From the NCBI GenBank assembly GCA_030867685.1, contig JAQOWU010000007.1, positions 248,001-312,000 on the forward strand: 64,000 nucleotides of DNA. Direction: 5' to 3'. This stretch comes from Wickerhamiella versatilis. Lineage: Eukaryota. Below, piece by piece: positions 11,043 through 21,534 of the stretch. The notes beneath the pieces were generated by a model, which was not told the origin of the DNA, ran no database searches, and saw only the letters and a program-made list of their open reading frames with translations. How positions within the stretch are numbered: the first letter of the stretch is position 1; the number at the start of each line of letters is the position of its first letter. The position numbers and the translations under genes were made by a program.

Positions 11043-12905
11043 CTAATGATCCCATAACGATCTGCCTGTATTCACCGGCTTAATCAGGCCGGAGCTTTCC
11101 AATTGCTTGGCAATATCCATTAATTGAATATCGCAGCCACTGCCACCTACTATACTCAGTGAAACAGGTAGCCACTCTTGCGAATGTGTGATGGTACTAT
11201 TGTATGGAACTTCCCCTAGGGGAATAACCATATCTGGGAGACTGCCTAGGTTGGCCAATCTTGTCGCACCAAACCCAACAGGTGGTCCTGATACTGGAGT
11301 TCCTGGGTATGATTGTCGTAAACTTGGCTCACCATCATTCGCTGGATAGACCAGAATTCTGGAACAGTCATCAGGTAGAACCTTCTGCATAAAGTCAGTG
11401 AATAATTGCTTTCGACTCACATGTTTTTCGTAGGTTCCGTTGGGCTGAGATTGCATCCAGCTCCACCTTGCAAGTACTGAAGGATCAAAGAAAGGCGCCC
11501 TGTGGTTCTTATCGTGATATGTCTTGTTAAAGGGGGACCCTACTGCCTGGTGTTGGTATCCAGCAATGAGTACGGCGTATGTCTCATTGGCGTAACTTGA
11601 TATGGTTTCGTTAACTTTTGTCATTGCATTCCAGTAGAATTCGAAACTTGTCTTTGTTTCATTTAATCCCGAGAAAGACTTGAACTGATCTAAGAACTTT
11701 CTATATATTTTTGATTGAGGTTCGAGCGCTGGCTCAAGTTCAGAGTGATTTTTCGGCAAAAGATTTTTCCAGAAATCTGCTGGAGTAAGAAGCTCAATAG
11801 GTGCAGTTCTTTTCGTATTATTGGTAAGGCCATACCAAGCCTTCCCAAAATCAAAAAAACTCGATGCATCCCTCGTGAAGAAACCCGGAGTATCCAAAAT
11901 ATCTGACATAGGCATCACACCCGTCAAGTTCATAATCCCAAAAGTGGGTCGTATTCCCTGGACTCCTGATGCGCCAGCAGGTCCTCGTATACTTCCACCT
12001 GTATCGCTACCAATGGCAGCATCGAGCCATTCGTAGGCTGCGATTGCAGCTCCTGAACCTGTCGAACTCCCTGAGGGGTTTCTATAGCCGTCGCCTCGTG
12101 GATTGAAAGGCTCGAGCTGCTCCGCCCATCCCGTGTTTGCAAATGGACACATTATTGTTTTTCCGACTAGAACAGCGCCAAGATTTATTAATCTCTGTAC
12201 GGGGTATGAGTTCGAGGCAGCAGGTCCGTACGTCTCGTAGTACGGGCGACTCCCACAGCCTGTACGAACCCCTGCAATATCAAACAAATCTTTCACAGCT
12301 ACCCTTACTCCATTAAGTGGCTTTTCATTCGTCTTTGGCCCATAGTAAAGTCTTGAGGGCACAGGAATCTCATTTCCCTCTGCCTCTACAAATTCGTCTG
12401 ACCCCGTTTTGAAAAGTCCAGTAGTGAAAGCTTCATGGGTATCCCTGTAAAGCCGAGCAACAGGATAAAGGACATCTTTATCAATAACATAAGGTCCTTC
12501 AGGTATAGCTGCTTGTAAAGAGGGAAGAATAGAAACCGACTGGTTTCGTGGACTCATACTAAGAGACGTGCAATTCTCATCGGGAAGAAGGTATATATTC
12601 TCTAGAAACTCTGGAGACCAGACGTCATCTTCATAAAACGTATCGAGAGCCTCAGTGGAACATCCGTGGATAGCTGTCGCCAACATTGGCAAAGATTCAT
12701 TAGCACCTACTGTTGGAACAGAAAATGTGGATAGTGAAATGCTATGATCTACTAGAGATGCATAGGGAGTTTCCCCAATTGTAAACGTAAAGTGTTGGAT
12801 ATTTTGAGGACCATGTGCTGTACTTTTAGAAAATGTTGAACGACGTTCGAATTTTACCGGCGCAGATAAGGCCAGTGTGGCCTCGAGCAATAATATGGGC
12901 CACAT
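11043..12905 (-). CDS. Secreted amidase (amidase-signature family)
   Basis: Signal peptide, PLNGVRVAVKDLFD (catalytic Lys), PSGSSTGSGAAIA, GSDTGGSIRGPA (Ser-cisSer-Lys triad). Confidence 0.9.
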   Translation of the reverse strand: MWPILLLEATLALSAPVKFERRSTFSKSTAHGPQNIQHFTFTIGETPYASLVDHSISLSTFSVPTVGANESLPMLATAIHGCSTEALDTFYEDDVWSPEFLENIYLLPDENCTSLSMSPRNQSVSILPSLQAAIPEGPYVIDKDVLYPVARLYRDTHEAFTTGLFKTGSDEFVEAEGNEIPVPSRLYYGPKTNEKPLNGVRVAVKDLFDIAGVRTGCGSRPYYETYGPAASNSYPVQRLINLGAVLVGKTIMCPFANTGWAEQLEPFNPRGDGYRNPSGSSTGSGAAIAAYEWLDAAIGSDTGGSIRGPAGASGVQGIRPTFGIMNLTGVMPMSDILDTPGFFTRDASSFFDFGKAWYGLTNNTKRTAPIELLTPADFWKNLLPKNHSELEPALEPQSKIYRKFLDQFKSFSGLNETKTSFEFYWNAMTKVNETISSYANETYAVLIAGYQHQAVGSPFNKTYHDKNHRAPFFDPSVLARWSWMQSQPNGTYEKHVSRKQLFTDFMQKVLPDDCSRILVYPANDGEPSLRQSYPGTPVSGPPVGFGATRLANLGSLPDMVIPLGEVPYNSTITHSQEWLPVSLSIVGGSGCDIQLMDIAKQLESSGLIKPVNTGRSLWDH

Positions 12906-14136
12906 GAATAGAATAGACTAGACCTGTCTGAGAATCTAAAACTAATATGCAATGGGCAAGGGATGCGTTTCCTTTATGGGTAATTCTTATCTAAACTGCT
13001 GTGAATCCCAAAACCTGACATTTGCCCTCTGCTACGTCGTAATATAATAGGAAGTCAAACAAATAAGAAGATACAAACCTTTTTTTTCTATTCAGCACAC
13101 CGGATTTCTATGACAACAAGCTAACTACTTATATCAGGCGTTTTCTGCGCCGCGAATAGACCAAAACATATTATAGAGTATATCTTACTGACTCGTTTTA
13201 GAGTTGTATACCATTCACACTATTAGATTGTGTGCTAAATCCAGGTTACTGTGAGCACTATAAAGGAGAATGCTCAAAACTTTGGGATCATCGATGACCA
13301 ATAAGACGATTCGAATTAGCACAAATTCCACGTTTAGTACCTAGTTGTTCAAATATTGTTTCACGGTTAGGGCAGCTAAACCTTCTAACTCATATGCAAG
13401 CCTCGCCGATATCTGGATGAGACGACTAATTATCAATTTTGATTGTACCTAAAATTCTTTATATCGGTTTCCAAGGCAGGATCTTCTTATATATCGCTGT
13501 GAGCTGGATGTTCCCCCACTTTAGGGGGATTGACATAACAGTCCCTCAAAATAAAGAAGTGCCAGAATCATGTAAGCTTATAGCAGAGTATTATCCTTAG
13601 GATCCACCTCGCCTCTGATACATATCCCAAGAGATTATGATATTTTCAGTAAATGACCTCAACCTTACTTAATTATTAACGGTCTCTGTTCCATCCGAAG
13701 CCCACCATTTTCGTTTACCTCGTGTGTAATGTGTGTACATTCTCGTAAAGCAATGAATCCTATTCGTTACTGTGTCAATGCCAACCTCTGATCAGAATGT
13801 ATTCAATATGAGGATGGCCCACCATGTACTAGAAATTACAAAAAAAACACGAGGCGGCTGCTCCCTTATAGTGTGTGTAGCCGAAATAATATAGGAATAC
13901 AGGACCAAAAGCAACCTAGCGAGTTTTTAATATCATGAACTTTATTCACATTATTGTTTTAAAATCTATTTTATTTTGGGATTGTTTCTATTAAAGCACC
14001 AACCAAGATCTGTATATCTATGGAGCCAGTGACGCCACTGCCGCGAACCATAAACTTTCATTGAATACAATTAACTATATAGAAAGTGTGCTATATGTAC
14101 GTCCATATAATAATTAGCATTCCTCTTGCCGCAAAT

Positions 14137-14334
14137 TTACGTCAACGTCGGCTATTTTTCTCTCCCACTTAGTAAGATTTTTTTTTGTCTCATACCGATG
14201 CGTCGGAGCCCTACATTCCGCAGTGACATGATGGCCCACTACTATAGTCAATCTCTATAAGAATTATATTATATCGTTATTAAGTGTCCTTTTGTCCGTA
14301 TGGAAAATAATAGGAGGACTTTCGGCGTTACTAA
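14137..14334. promoter_or_regulatory. Candidate stress elements upstream of catalase: CRE-like TTACGTCA (14137-14144), Yap1-type TTAGTAA (14169-14175) and TTACTAA (14328-14334)
   Basis: Exact motif matches 330-520 bp upstream of the catalase ATG; short motifs can occur by chance. Confidence 0.4.
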
Positions 14335-14660
14335 AGTGCTGTGATCGTGCTCGTAAAAGCAACCGTTACCCAATGCAGTGTTTTGCTTAAGATTACAAAC
14401 TGACATTGCATGAGATCTTTCAAGAATAATTGCTTTCGGTTATTGTTAAATGGGTTTTAGAAAAATACACAATTTCTTCATAAATTGGTGCTCTTTCTAC
14501 ATATCATTTGAGTATATCCTCCGGCTATTCTGCGTATGTAGTGCGATTTTCATATTACGTACGCTTGTTTATTAACAAATGTCTAATTGGTGGGTGGTCT
14601 AGAATTTGTCAAAGTTAGCATATATATAGTTAATAAATTCCCTCTAATTGGGTCGTTACC

Positions 14661-16817
14661 ATGAAGACTGGTCTGCTTTTTCTAGGTGCCACACTTGGAA
14701 TTGCGCTGGCTGATAGCCAAGCAGCTGGTGTGAATGCCCCTGACCGTGCCAATACCAATGCAAAGATCCAGCAGTTAGAGGAGGATGCGTATTTCGATCC
14801 ATCCTATCACTGGTTGACATCATCTCTTGGCGTTGGTGTTCAGGATAACGAGAATACTCTGAAGGCTGGTGGTGCTCGCGGCCCTCAGCTCCTTGCAGAC
14901 TTTTTGTTTCGGGACAAGATGACCGCATTTGACAGAGAACGTATTCCCGAGCGAGTTGTCCATGCTCGTGGATTTGGTGTTCACGGTGTATTCAAGCCCT
15001 ATCCGGGTAACGAGAAGTACACCACTTCGAAGGTATTCACCAATACCTCTCATGAAACTCCGATGTTCGCCCGTATTTCAAACGTTCAGGGATTCCGTGG
15101 ATCTGCGGACAATGTGCGTGATGTCCACGGATTCGCTCTCAAGTTTTACACAGAGGAGGGTAACTGGGATCTAGTCGGTAACGATATCCCTGTTTTCTTC
15201 ATGCAGGACGGCACCAAATTCTTCGACTTCATCCACGCCCTGAAGCCTGAGCCACACAATGAAATCCCACAGGGTCAGAGTGCTCATGATACCTTCTGGG
15301 ATTACATTGGGCTTAACACCGACTCTGCGTTCATGTCAGAGTTTATCATGTCCGACCGTGGTATCACACGCAATATTCGTGCTATCAATGGCTATGGTGT
15401 CCACACTTTCCGATGGATTAACTCCGAGGGTAAGTCCTGGTTTGTTAAATACATCTGGAAGAACGAGAAGGATGGTAATACCCAGCTTGTTTGGGATGAG
15501 GCTACCACCCTTCAAGGTAAGGACCCTGATTTCAATCGTCGTGATATGTGGAACGCTGTCAACTCTGGTCACGACTACCCTAAGTGGATTATGTATGTGC
15601 AGCTTTTCACCGAGGAAGAAGCCGCCGGTTGGGACTTCGACCACCTTGACGCGACCAAGCTTATTCCAGAGGAGCTTGTGCCTTTGACCCCAGTTGGTGA
15701 GTTCACGTTGAACCGTAATGTGGAGGATTACCATGCTGAAACGGAGCAGATTTCCTTCTCTCCTGCTAATATTGTTCCTGGTATGGATTTCTCTAACGAT
15801 CCTCTTCTACAAGGCCGTCTCTTCGCTTATACTGACACTGCTCTCTACCGCCTCGGCACTGTTAACTTCAATCAGATACCCATTAACCGTCCACTTTGCC
15901 CATTCGCAGCCAACCGTCGTGGTGGCTTTGCTCAGCAGCGTATTGTTCGCGGTGAGGCATCGTACGAGCCGAATAGCATTGACGCTGGGTGGCCCCGTCC
16001 TGATCCTCACGGATTCAGGTCGTTCCCAGAAAATGTCACTGGTCCAATTGTTCGTGAGCGTCCTCAGTCGTTCTCGAACCATTTCAGTCAGGCCCAGATG
16101 TACTGGAACTCGCTGGCTCCTTATGAACAGAACCACACAATCAACGGTTATTCATTTGAACTCTCCAAGGTTATGCGCCCTGAAATCCGTCAACGGGTGG
16201 TTGACCGTGTTCTCCAAAATATCAACATAACTCTTGCGGAATCAGTTGCTCAAAACCTTGGCCTCCAAGTAAACACAAGTTACAAGGTTGATGTGCCTGC
16301 TCCACGAATCCCGCGTGCTGCCAACATTTCCTACGAAAGCCAGAAGCCTCAGACGATTGCACACAACCAGATTGCAATCCTCGTTCACGAGGGTGCCAAT
16401 GGTGACAACATTAAGGCTGTGCAAGATTGGGCTCAGAAGAACGGTGCTGTTCCTCTGGTACTCAACCAGCCTCTTTCCACCATAACCACCTCTCAAAATC
16501 AGACCATCCAGCCAGATGCTCGCCGTGATGGTCAGGGCTCTGTCACAGTTGACGCTGTTGTTGTTGTTGACGGAAACACAGGTGTAACCGACGTTGAGAA
16601 GGACGGTTCTACTAAGCTATACATTCGTGAGGCTTACCAACACTTGAAGCCAATTGCTTTCCTCGGCGATCGTGCTGCGCTTATTGACTATCTAGGTCTC
16701 CACGCCGATACTGGCACCATAACTGGTAACACCTTCTCAGATGTCCAGGATCAGTTCCACAAAGCCCTTCTGAACCACCGTCTATGGGAACGTGAACCTT
16801 ATGCCTCGACAGTCTAA
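14661..16817 (+). CDS. Large-subunit (clade 2, KatE/HPII-type) heme catalase with signal peptide and C-terminal DJ-1/GATase-like domain
   Basis: FDRERIPERVVHARG (distal His), WDLVGND (Asn), LQGRLFAYTDT (proximal Tyr), C-terminal EAYQHLKPI; hydrophobic leader MKTGLLFLGATLGIALA; strong codon bias. Confidence 0.96.
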   Translation: MKTGLLFLGATLGIALADSQAAGVNAPDRANTNAKIQQLEEDAYFDPSYHWLTSSLGVGVQDNENTLKAGGARGPQLLADFLFRDKMTAFDRERIPERVVHARGFGVHGVFKPYPGNEKYTTSKVFTNTSHETPMFARISNVQGFRGSADNVRDVHGFALKFYTEEGNWDLVGNDIPVFFMQDGTKFFDFIHALKPEPHNEIPQGQSAHDTFWDYIGLNTDSAFMSEFIMSDRGITRNIRAINGYGVHTFRWINSEGKSWFVKYIWKNEKDGNTQLVWDEATTLQGKDPDFNRRDMWNAVNSGHDYPKWIMYVQLFTEEEAAGWDFDHLDATKLIPEELVPLTPVGEFTLNRNVEDYHAETEQISFSPANIVPGMDFSNDPLLQGRLFAYTDTALYRLGTVNFNQIPINRPLCPFAANRRGGFAQQRIVRGEASYEPNSIDAGWPRPDPHGFRSFPENVTGPIVRERPQSFSNHFSQAQMYWNSLAPYEQNHTINGYSFELSKVMRPEIRQRVVDRVLQNINITLAESVAQNLGLQVNTSYKVDVPAPRIPRAANISYESQKPQTIAHNQIAILVHEGANGDNIKAVQDWAQKNGAVPLVLNQPLSTITTSQNQTIQPDARRDGQGSVTVDAVVVVDGNTGVTDVEKDGSTKLYIREAYQHLKPIAFLGDRAALIDYLGLHADTGTITGNTFSDVQDQFHKALLNHRLWEREPYASTV

Positions 16818-17058
16818 TCTAGTTGAAACTATGTATAATTAGTTTGTTCCTAAGTTTGTATTATTTTGCTCGTTCATTTAATAACTTAGATTGACACATG
16901 TTTAGCAATACAAGTTCCGTGATATCTGCATCGTGAGTGCAAGTCGACAACTAGTCTAGAGGTAAGACTAATACAGAATGAGTCAATAAAAAAAAAGGAA
17001 CGAGAAACCTCTTATATTTGTCATTTACTTCATCTCCCCCTGATATGTACAACAATAG

Positions 17059-17574
17059 TTAGTGAGAACTCAAGGTTAATTGAAGAAATGCGAGATCTAG
17101 CCACTTACCGAACTTTGTCCCAACTTCAGTTAAGACACCAGTTCGCTTGAACCCAAATTTTTCATGTAGTTTTACGGATGATTCATTTCCTGCTTCGATA
17201 CCCGCTACTATGACATGGAACCCATCATTTCTGCCTCGAACAATCAATTCTTCCAGTAAGGCTTTACCAATACCGCGGCCGCGTTGATCAAAGCGTACGT
17301 ATATAGAGTCCTCAACCGTATGACGATACCCATCCCAAGAGCGAAAATCACTCAATGTCGCAAATCCGACAACCACATCATCTACTAGAGCTGCAATGAC
17401 CGGGTATCCATTATCCTTGTGATTATAAAGCCACCGAGCTCGATTATCAGCATCAACGGTTACTTCATTCCAGACAGCAGTCGTGTGGATCACTGCATGG
17501 TTATAGATTTCGGCAATCTCAAAACAATCCTGTGCTTCTGCATTACGTATTTGCATGTTACTAATCACCGACAT
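17059..17574 (-). CDS. GNAT N-acetyltransferase, YncA/MnaT/Pat family (methionine sulfoximine/sulfone, phosphinothricin-type), bacterial-like
   Basis: IAEIYNHAV, TVDADNR, DGYRHTVEDSIYV, QRGRGIGK (acetyl-CoA motif A), EVGTKFGKWLD closely follow enterobacterial YncA as I recall it. Start may be the second Met (MQIRNA). Confidence 0.92.
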   Translation of the reverse strand: MSVISNMQIRNAEAQDCFEIAEIYNHAVIHTTAVWNEVTVDADNRARWLYNHKDNGYPVIAALVDDVVVGFATLSDFRSWDGYRHTVEDSIYVRFDQRGRGIGKALLEELIVRGRNDGFHVIVAGIEAGNESSVKLHEKFGFKRTGVLTEVGTKFGKWLDLAFLQLTLSSH

Positions 17575-17689
17575 ATCAGACTATCGTTATTACGGCAGTA
17601 AGAGTCTTGTTAATATAAAATAGATCCGATACTGTATAGTCTATTTTTAAGCAAAGCTAAACTGTTGGGGGTTCTGTCGCAACTAGCAC

Positions 17690-19765
17690 CTATAATACTA
17701 TAGCATACGCCGAAGCAGCTATAATGAGAACTCCGCTAGTAAGTAAATTACGCGTTCCCAGTGAGGAAAGTGCCGCAGGAGTTCCTGATACAATAGAAGT
17801 TGAGGCAGATGACGAATTAGAGACCTGCGAGGTTGTACCTGTAGAGATAGAAGTTGGTTTTGTGACATTTGACATTTGAGTACTCAATGCAACTAGTCCA
17901 GAGTATGAAGTATTTGGTGATACACTTGTAGTGTTGCAGATAGCGGAAGAATTTGACGTATCGTTCAACTTAAGCAACCAAACATAATCTCTGATAGATC
18001 CATCTTCTCCCTTTATGTACTCCCAATATGCAGCCGACTCGTTGTGCACTGTAATCTTTGCGAATCCGTAGTTCTCATAATCCAACACGTTGGTGATATT
18101 AAGTGGCTTCTCACCATCAGAGAGCGTGCTGTGACTTTCAAGATTACCTGCAGCACCGTTAATTAAATGAGTGAGAGAGCTCCCTTCGTTCACATAGTAG
18201 GTATAATTATCCTTGATGGCACTGGAATCAATCTCTCCGTCTAAGGTGAGAGGATAAAGACGTTCGTACCAATGAATATGTCCTGAAATATAAGCATCAA
18301 CATTATACTTGAACAACAATGGCTCGAACGCGTTGCGTACATGTTTTTGATAACCAGCAACTTGTGAGCTGTACATGGGACGGTGGCTCATAACAAAGAC
18401 CCATGGTGTCTTGCGGCGATCCACAGATGCAAGGTCATTATTTAACCACTTCCACTGCGCATACGCCTCATTATCCTTCCAGCTGCCATCTATCGGGCCA
18501 AATGGACCGCTGTCCGTGATATAAGTCTCATTTTCAGTTGGTAAACCAGTTGGATTATCTTCCACAAAAGGCGCATTTGGACTGTATGCGAAATCAGTTT
18601 CGGTATCTATAGATACGAAATGAGCTAGACCGTAATCGAAAGAGTACCAGAAATTAGACACCCCATTAGTCTCTTCTCCAGGCATTCTAAACCTGTTTTG
18701 AAAAGCGGTGAAATTACGCTGCGAAGCCGGGCAGCTATAATAATTTAGTTCACTCTCAGCAGTGGTTGAATTAGTTTCGTTATGTACCAAATAGGCCGAA
18801 AGTTCATGATGAGGTGCATCAAATTCTGCACAGGTAGTCTCATGATTTCCGGGAAGAACCATGTAAGGAATGACTGTCGTCACATTGTTCATCCACTGTT
18901 GCCAAAGGTCCCAATTAGTTTCATAAATTACGCTCATGTCACCACCTTCAGGTCCACCTTGGTTCGGAACTTCACCCTCTGGTAGTGGGGCATCATATAA
19001 TTTGGGGACTGGTGCAGGACCTGGCATTCTAGAGCTTGTCCCATTGTAGCACACAGGCCAATCATCTGTGCATTCCATGAATCCGTCAGACCAGTCATCT
19101 GCATAGCTGAGGTCTCCACCATGCCACACGAATGACAGTGGCTTTTCACCAAAGATAGAATCTAAAACATGTCTGTAGGTTCCCCCAGCATTGGTATAAC
19201 CCATATCGTTGACAACTGCCAGTGTAAACTTACTGGAGTCGCCAGGCTTTTTGGCCGTGGTAAACTTTAGCACATTGGACTCAGTAGTTCCATTAGCAGC
19301 CGTGATTTGGTAGTAATATGTGGTGTCTGGCAGCAAGTCATGCAGCTGAACCTCGTGGAAGTACTGGCTACACATGGTTACGGCCGCCAAAGAACATGGC
19401 GGTGTCCGATCATAAGAGTGGGTCTTCCCTGAAGCCATGCGATCAAGATGATTTGAATCAGTACCCCAAGCTACAGCTGGTGATGTTCCCAGCCCAAATG
19501 GTGTCTGGTAATGAATGTTCATACCATTCGGCAAATAAGATAATGATATCACATTTATATTATTGGTTGGATTGCTTGACGAGGGCTTGACAGCTGGAGG
19601 CTCAACGATTCGTGGAAACCCTTTACCGTCCCCATTTATAGTTGGATCAACCCAATCACCAATGGGTACGTTTGGACCGGTATATGGATAACGAGTATCC
19701 ACATATGCGGCTGCGTGAGTAGTCGTGAAGAGAGCCACTCCTACGATATTACAAAATGACCTCAT
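17690..19765 (-). CDS. Purple acid phosphatase (Aspergillus AphA-like), secreted, with Ser/Thr stalk and probable GPI signal
   Basis: Metallophosphoesterase motifs NDMG, GDLSYAD, GNHE, SHRP, GHIH; FN3-like N domain; signal peptide; S/T-rich tail ending in hydrophobic LLTSGVLIIAASAYAIVL. Confidence 0.93.
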   Translation of the reverse strand: MRSFCNIVGVALFTTTHAAAYVDTRYPYTGPNVPIGDWVDPTINGDGKGFPRIVEPPAVKPSSSNPTNNINVISLSYLPNGMNIHYQTPFGLGTSPAVAWGTDSNHLDRMASGKTHSYDRTPPCSLAAVTMCSQYFHEVQLHDLLPDTTYYYQITAANGTTESNVLKFTTAKKPGDSSKFTLAVVNDMGYTNAGGTYRHVLDSIFGEKPLSFVWHGGDLSYADDWSDGFMECTDDWPVCYNGTSSRMPGPAPVPKLYDAPLPEGEVPNQGGPEGGDMSVIYETNWDLWQQWMNNVTTVIPYMVLPGNHETTCAEFDAPHHELSAYLVHNETNSTTAESELNYYSCPASQRNFTAFQNRFRMPGEETNGVSNFWYSFDYGLAHFVSIDTETDFAYSPNAPFVEDNPTGLPTENETYITDSGPFGPIDGSWKDNEAYAQWKWLNNDLASVDRRKTPWVFVMSHRPMYSSQVAGYQKHVRNAFEPLLFKYNVDAYISGHIHWYERLYPLTLDGEIDSSAIKDNYTYYVNEGSSLTHLINGAAGNLESHSTLSDGEKPLNITNVLDYENYGFAKITVHNESAAYWEYIKGEDGSIRDYVWLLKLNDTSNSSAICNTTSVSPNTSYSGLVALSTQMSNVTKPTSISTGTTSQVSNSSSASTSIVSGTPAALSSLGTRNLLTSGVLIIAASAYAIVL

Positions 19766-20422
19766 GTTCGATACCTAATTTTATTCTGGACAGTGGGCAC
19801 AATATAGGCACACAAAGCTGTTATCTTTAATATATAAGAGCTTACAGATGTCTTGCATACTATAGGCTAGTTTATTTTCCACAAACTACTTTAAATCCTC
19901 TTGGATTTGTGCCTTTGTACCTATGTATGCAACGAACCGTTTTTTAGTGCTATAGAACCAATTTGCCAATAATCATTTGCAAGCAGAAGCGATTACATTG
20001 TATATGAAAATGTTATCTTTTAGCTTCTCTTATATAAGCTACAATCTCTAGGGTTACTCTTTTCCTCGGAGATGTAAACAATGTTTATAATTATAGCTGG
20101 AGATCATAGCTCAATAGGAGCGATAGAATCTTCGCTGATAGGCTATTCTTCCAGATTGTTACGAAATATATCATACTATGATGTACCTTCCTCATGTCCT
20201 GCATATATGGTGATATCAATTGTCTAACTGAAAATTTAAGCTCTGCTGGAGACAATAGAAGGCCACTGGCGCGATAGGTTTAAAAACACAACATTGTTAA
20301 TTTTGCGAGATATGATGCAATCTTTCTTTGTCACGTTATTGAAGCCGTGAAAGAGACAACGGTGGCTTCGCAATTTTGCTTCTTCCACGTCCCCGACACT
20401 GACTTCTGACTCTATAATATAA

Positions 20423-21292
20423 CTAATAGTTCTTCGACATTAATGTGATGGTAAATTTCTGTTTATCGTCATCGGGGGCTTTCTTCTCGTATGTGTCAAA
20501 AGCCTGAAAGCCAAACTTTGAATAAAGAAGTCTACCTTGAGCGCTTGCCAAAATCGCAACCTTCGGCCTTTTCTCAGAACCACCAATAGTCACATTTCGT
20601 AACCGTGATTCCATATCCTTTAGTGTAACATCAAAAAACCACTTACCAATGCCTTGACCCGGGCGAGCACAACCGAATATACTCAGTTCGTAAGCATACT
20701 TGTCGGTGTACGGGACCTTCAATAGCGTTTCGTCATTTGCACTTACCAAGTAACTTTCCCGCTCAGGGGTGTTCATAAACCCAGTGATGTTTCTGGCTTC
20801 AACAAAAAGTCTGTCGGCTTGAGGCACCATTGCTGGATTAAAGCCATGGATCAGCTTGAAGGCCCACATATGAATGTTTGCTCGAAGGGATTTGAGGAAG
20901 AGTAGAATTCTTGCCGTCCAAGTCAAGGGTTCAACGTTGCACGCAGGTGTTACGTACTGAGCAATTGCCACCGGGAGTGCACAAGCAGAATCATCGTAAG
21001 CTATGAACGTCTGTCGTCCTGGTTGGATCATATATTTGTAAAAACCCCACGAGTCCTGCAAGACGTGGTCTCTGAAAGCTTTGGATCGAGATACAAGCAT
21101 ATCAAGCCTCTTTTTTGAATTGCTCACCGAGAGAATTGAATCATATACAGTGCCATTAAACCGGTACATCGGTCTCTGGTACATCCAGAAGCCAGGGTCA
21201 TTTCTAAATGCAACATGGAACACTGAAGTAAAGTCAAGCGCATCATTGTAGGTAGCCTGCTCGGCCTTAACCTCTCGGATTGTCAGACCCAT
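20423..21292 (-). CDS. Fungal GNAT-family acetyltransferase, substrate unknown
   Basis: PGQGIGK motif A and ASAQGRLLYSKFGF motif B. Confidence 0.75.
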   Translation of the reverse strand: MGLTIREVKAEQATYNDALDFTSVFHVAFRNDPGFWMYQRPMYRFNGTVYDSILSVSNSKKRLDMLVSRSKAFRDHVLQDSWGFYKYMIQPGRQTFIAYDDSACALPVAIAQYVTPACNVEPLTWTARILLFLKSLRANIHMWAFKLIHGFNPAMVPQADRLFVEARNITGFMNTPERESYLVSANDETLLKVPYTDKYAYELSIFGCARPGQGIGKWFFDVTLKDMESRLRNVTIGGSEKRPKVAILASAQGRLLYSKFGFQAFDTYEKKAPDDDKQKFTITLMSKNY

Positions 21293-21534
21293 GACACCAA
21301 TTAGTCATGCATTAGCCTGTTATTAGTGAGGAAATATTAACTTCGCTGGAAGTAAAACACATTTGTGGGTAATAGCCACTTAGTACATTTTGACTCGGCT
21401 TATGTTTACTTTAGCTAGCAGTTTACCCGATATATCATATGGCCTGAACTTTGTGAAACCCCACTTGCAGATTACAGAAACTAATTTGATACTAGCCGTG
21501 TTCTAATCAATCGTTGAGTCTATGTACTACTACC

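Noticed and set aside
14656-16496. Numerous overlapping or antisense ORFs within catalase, and likewise within AHP1, YIM1-like, S28 and AKR genes
   Set aside because: Shadow ORFs caused by codon bias of the real genes; no independent motifs.
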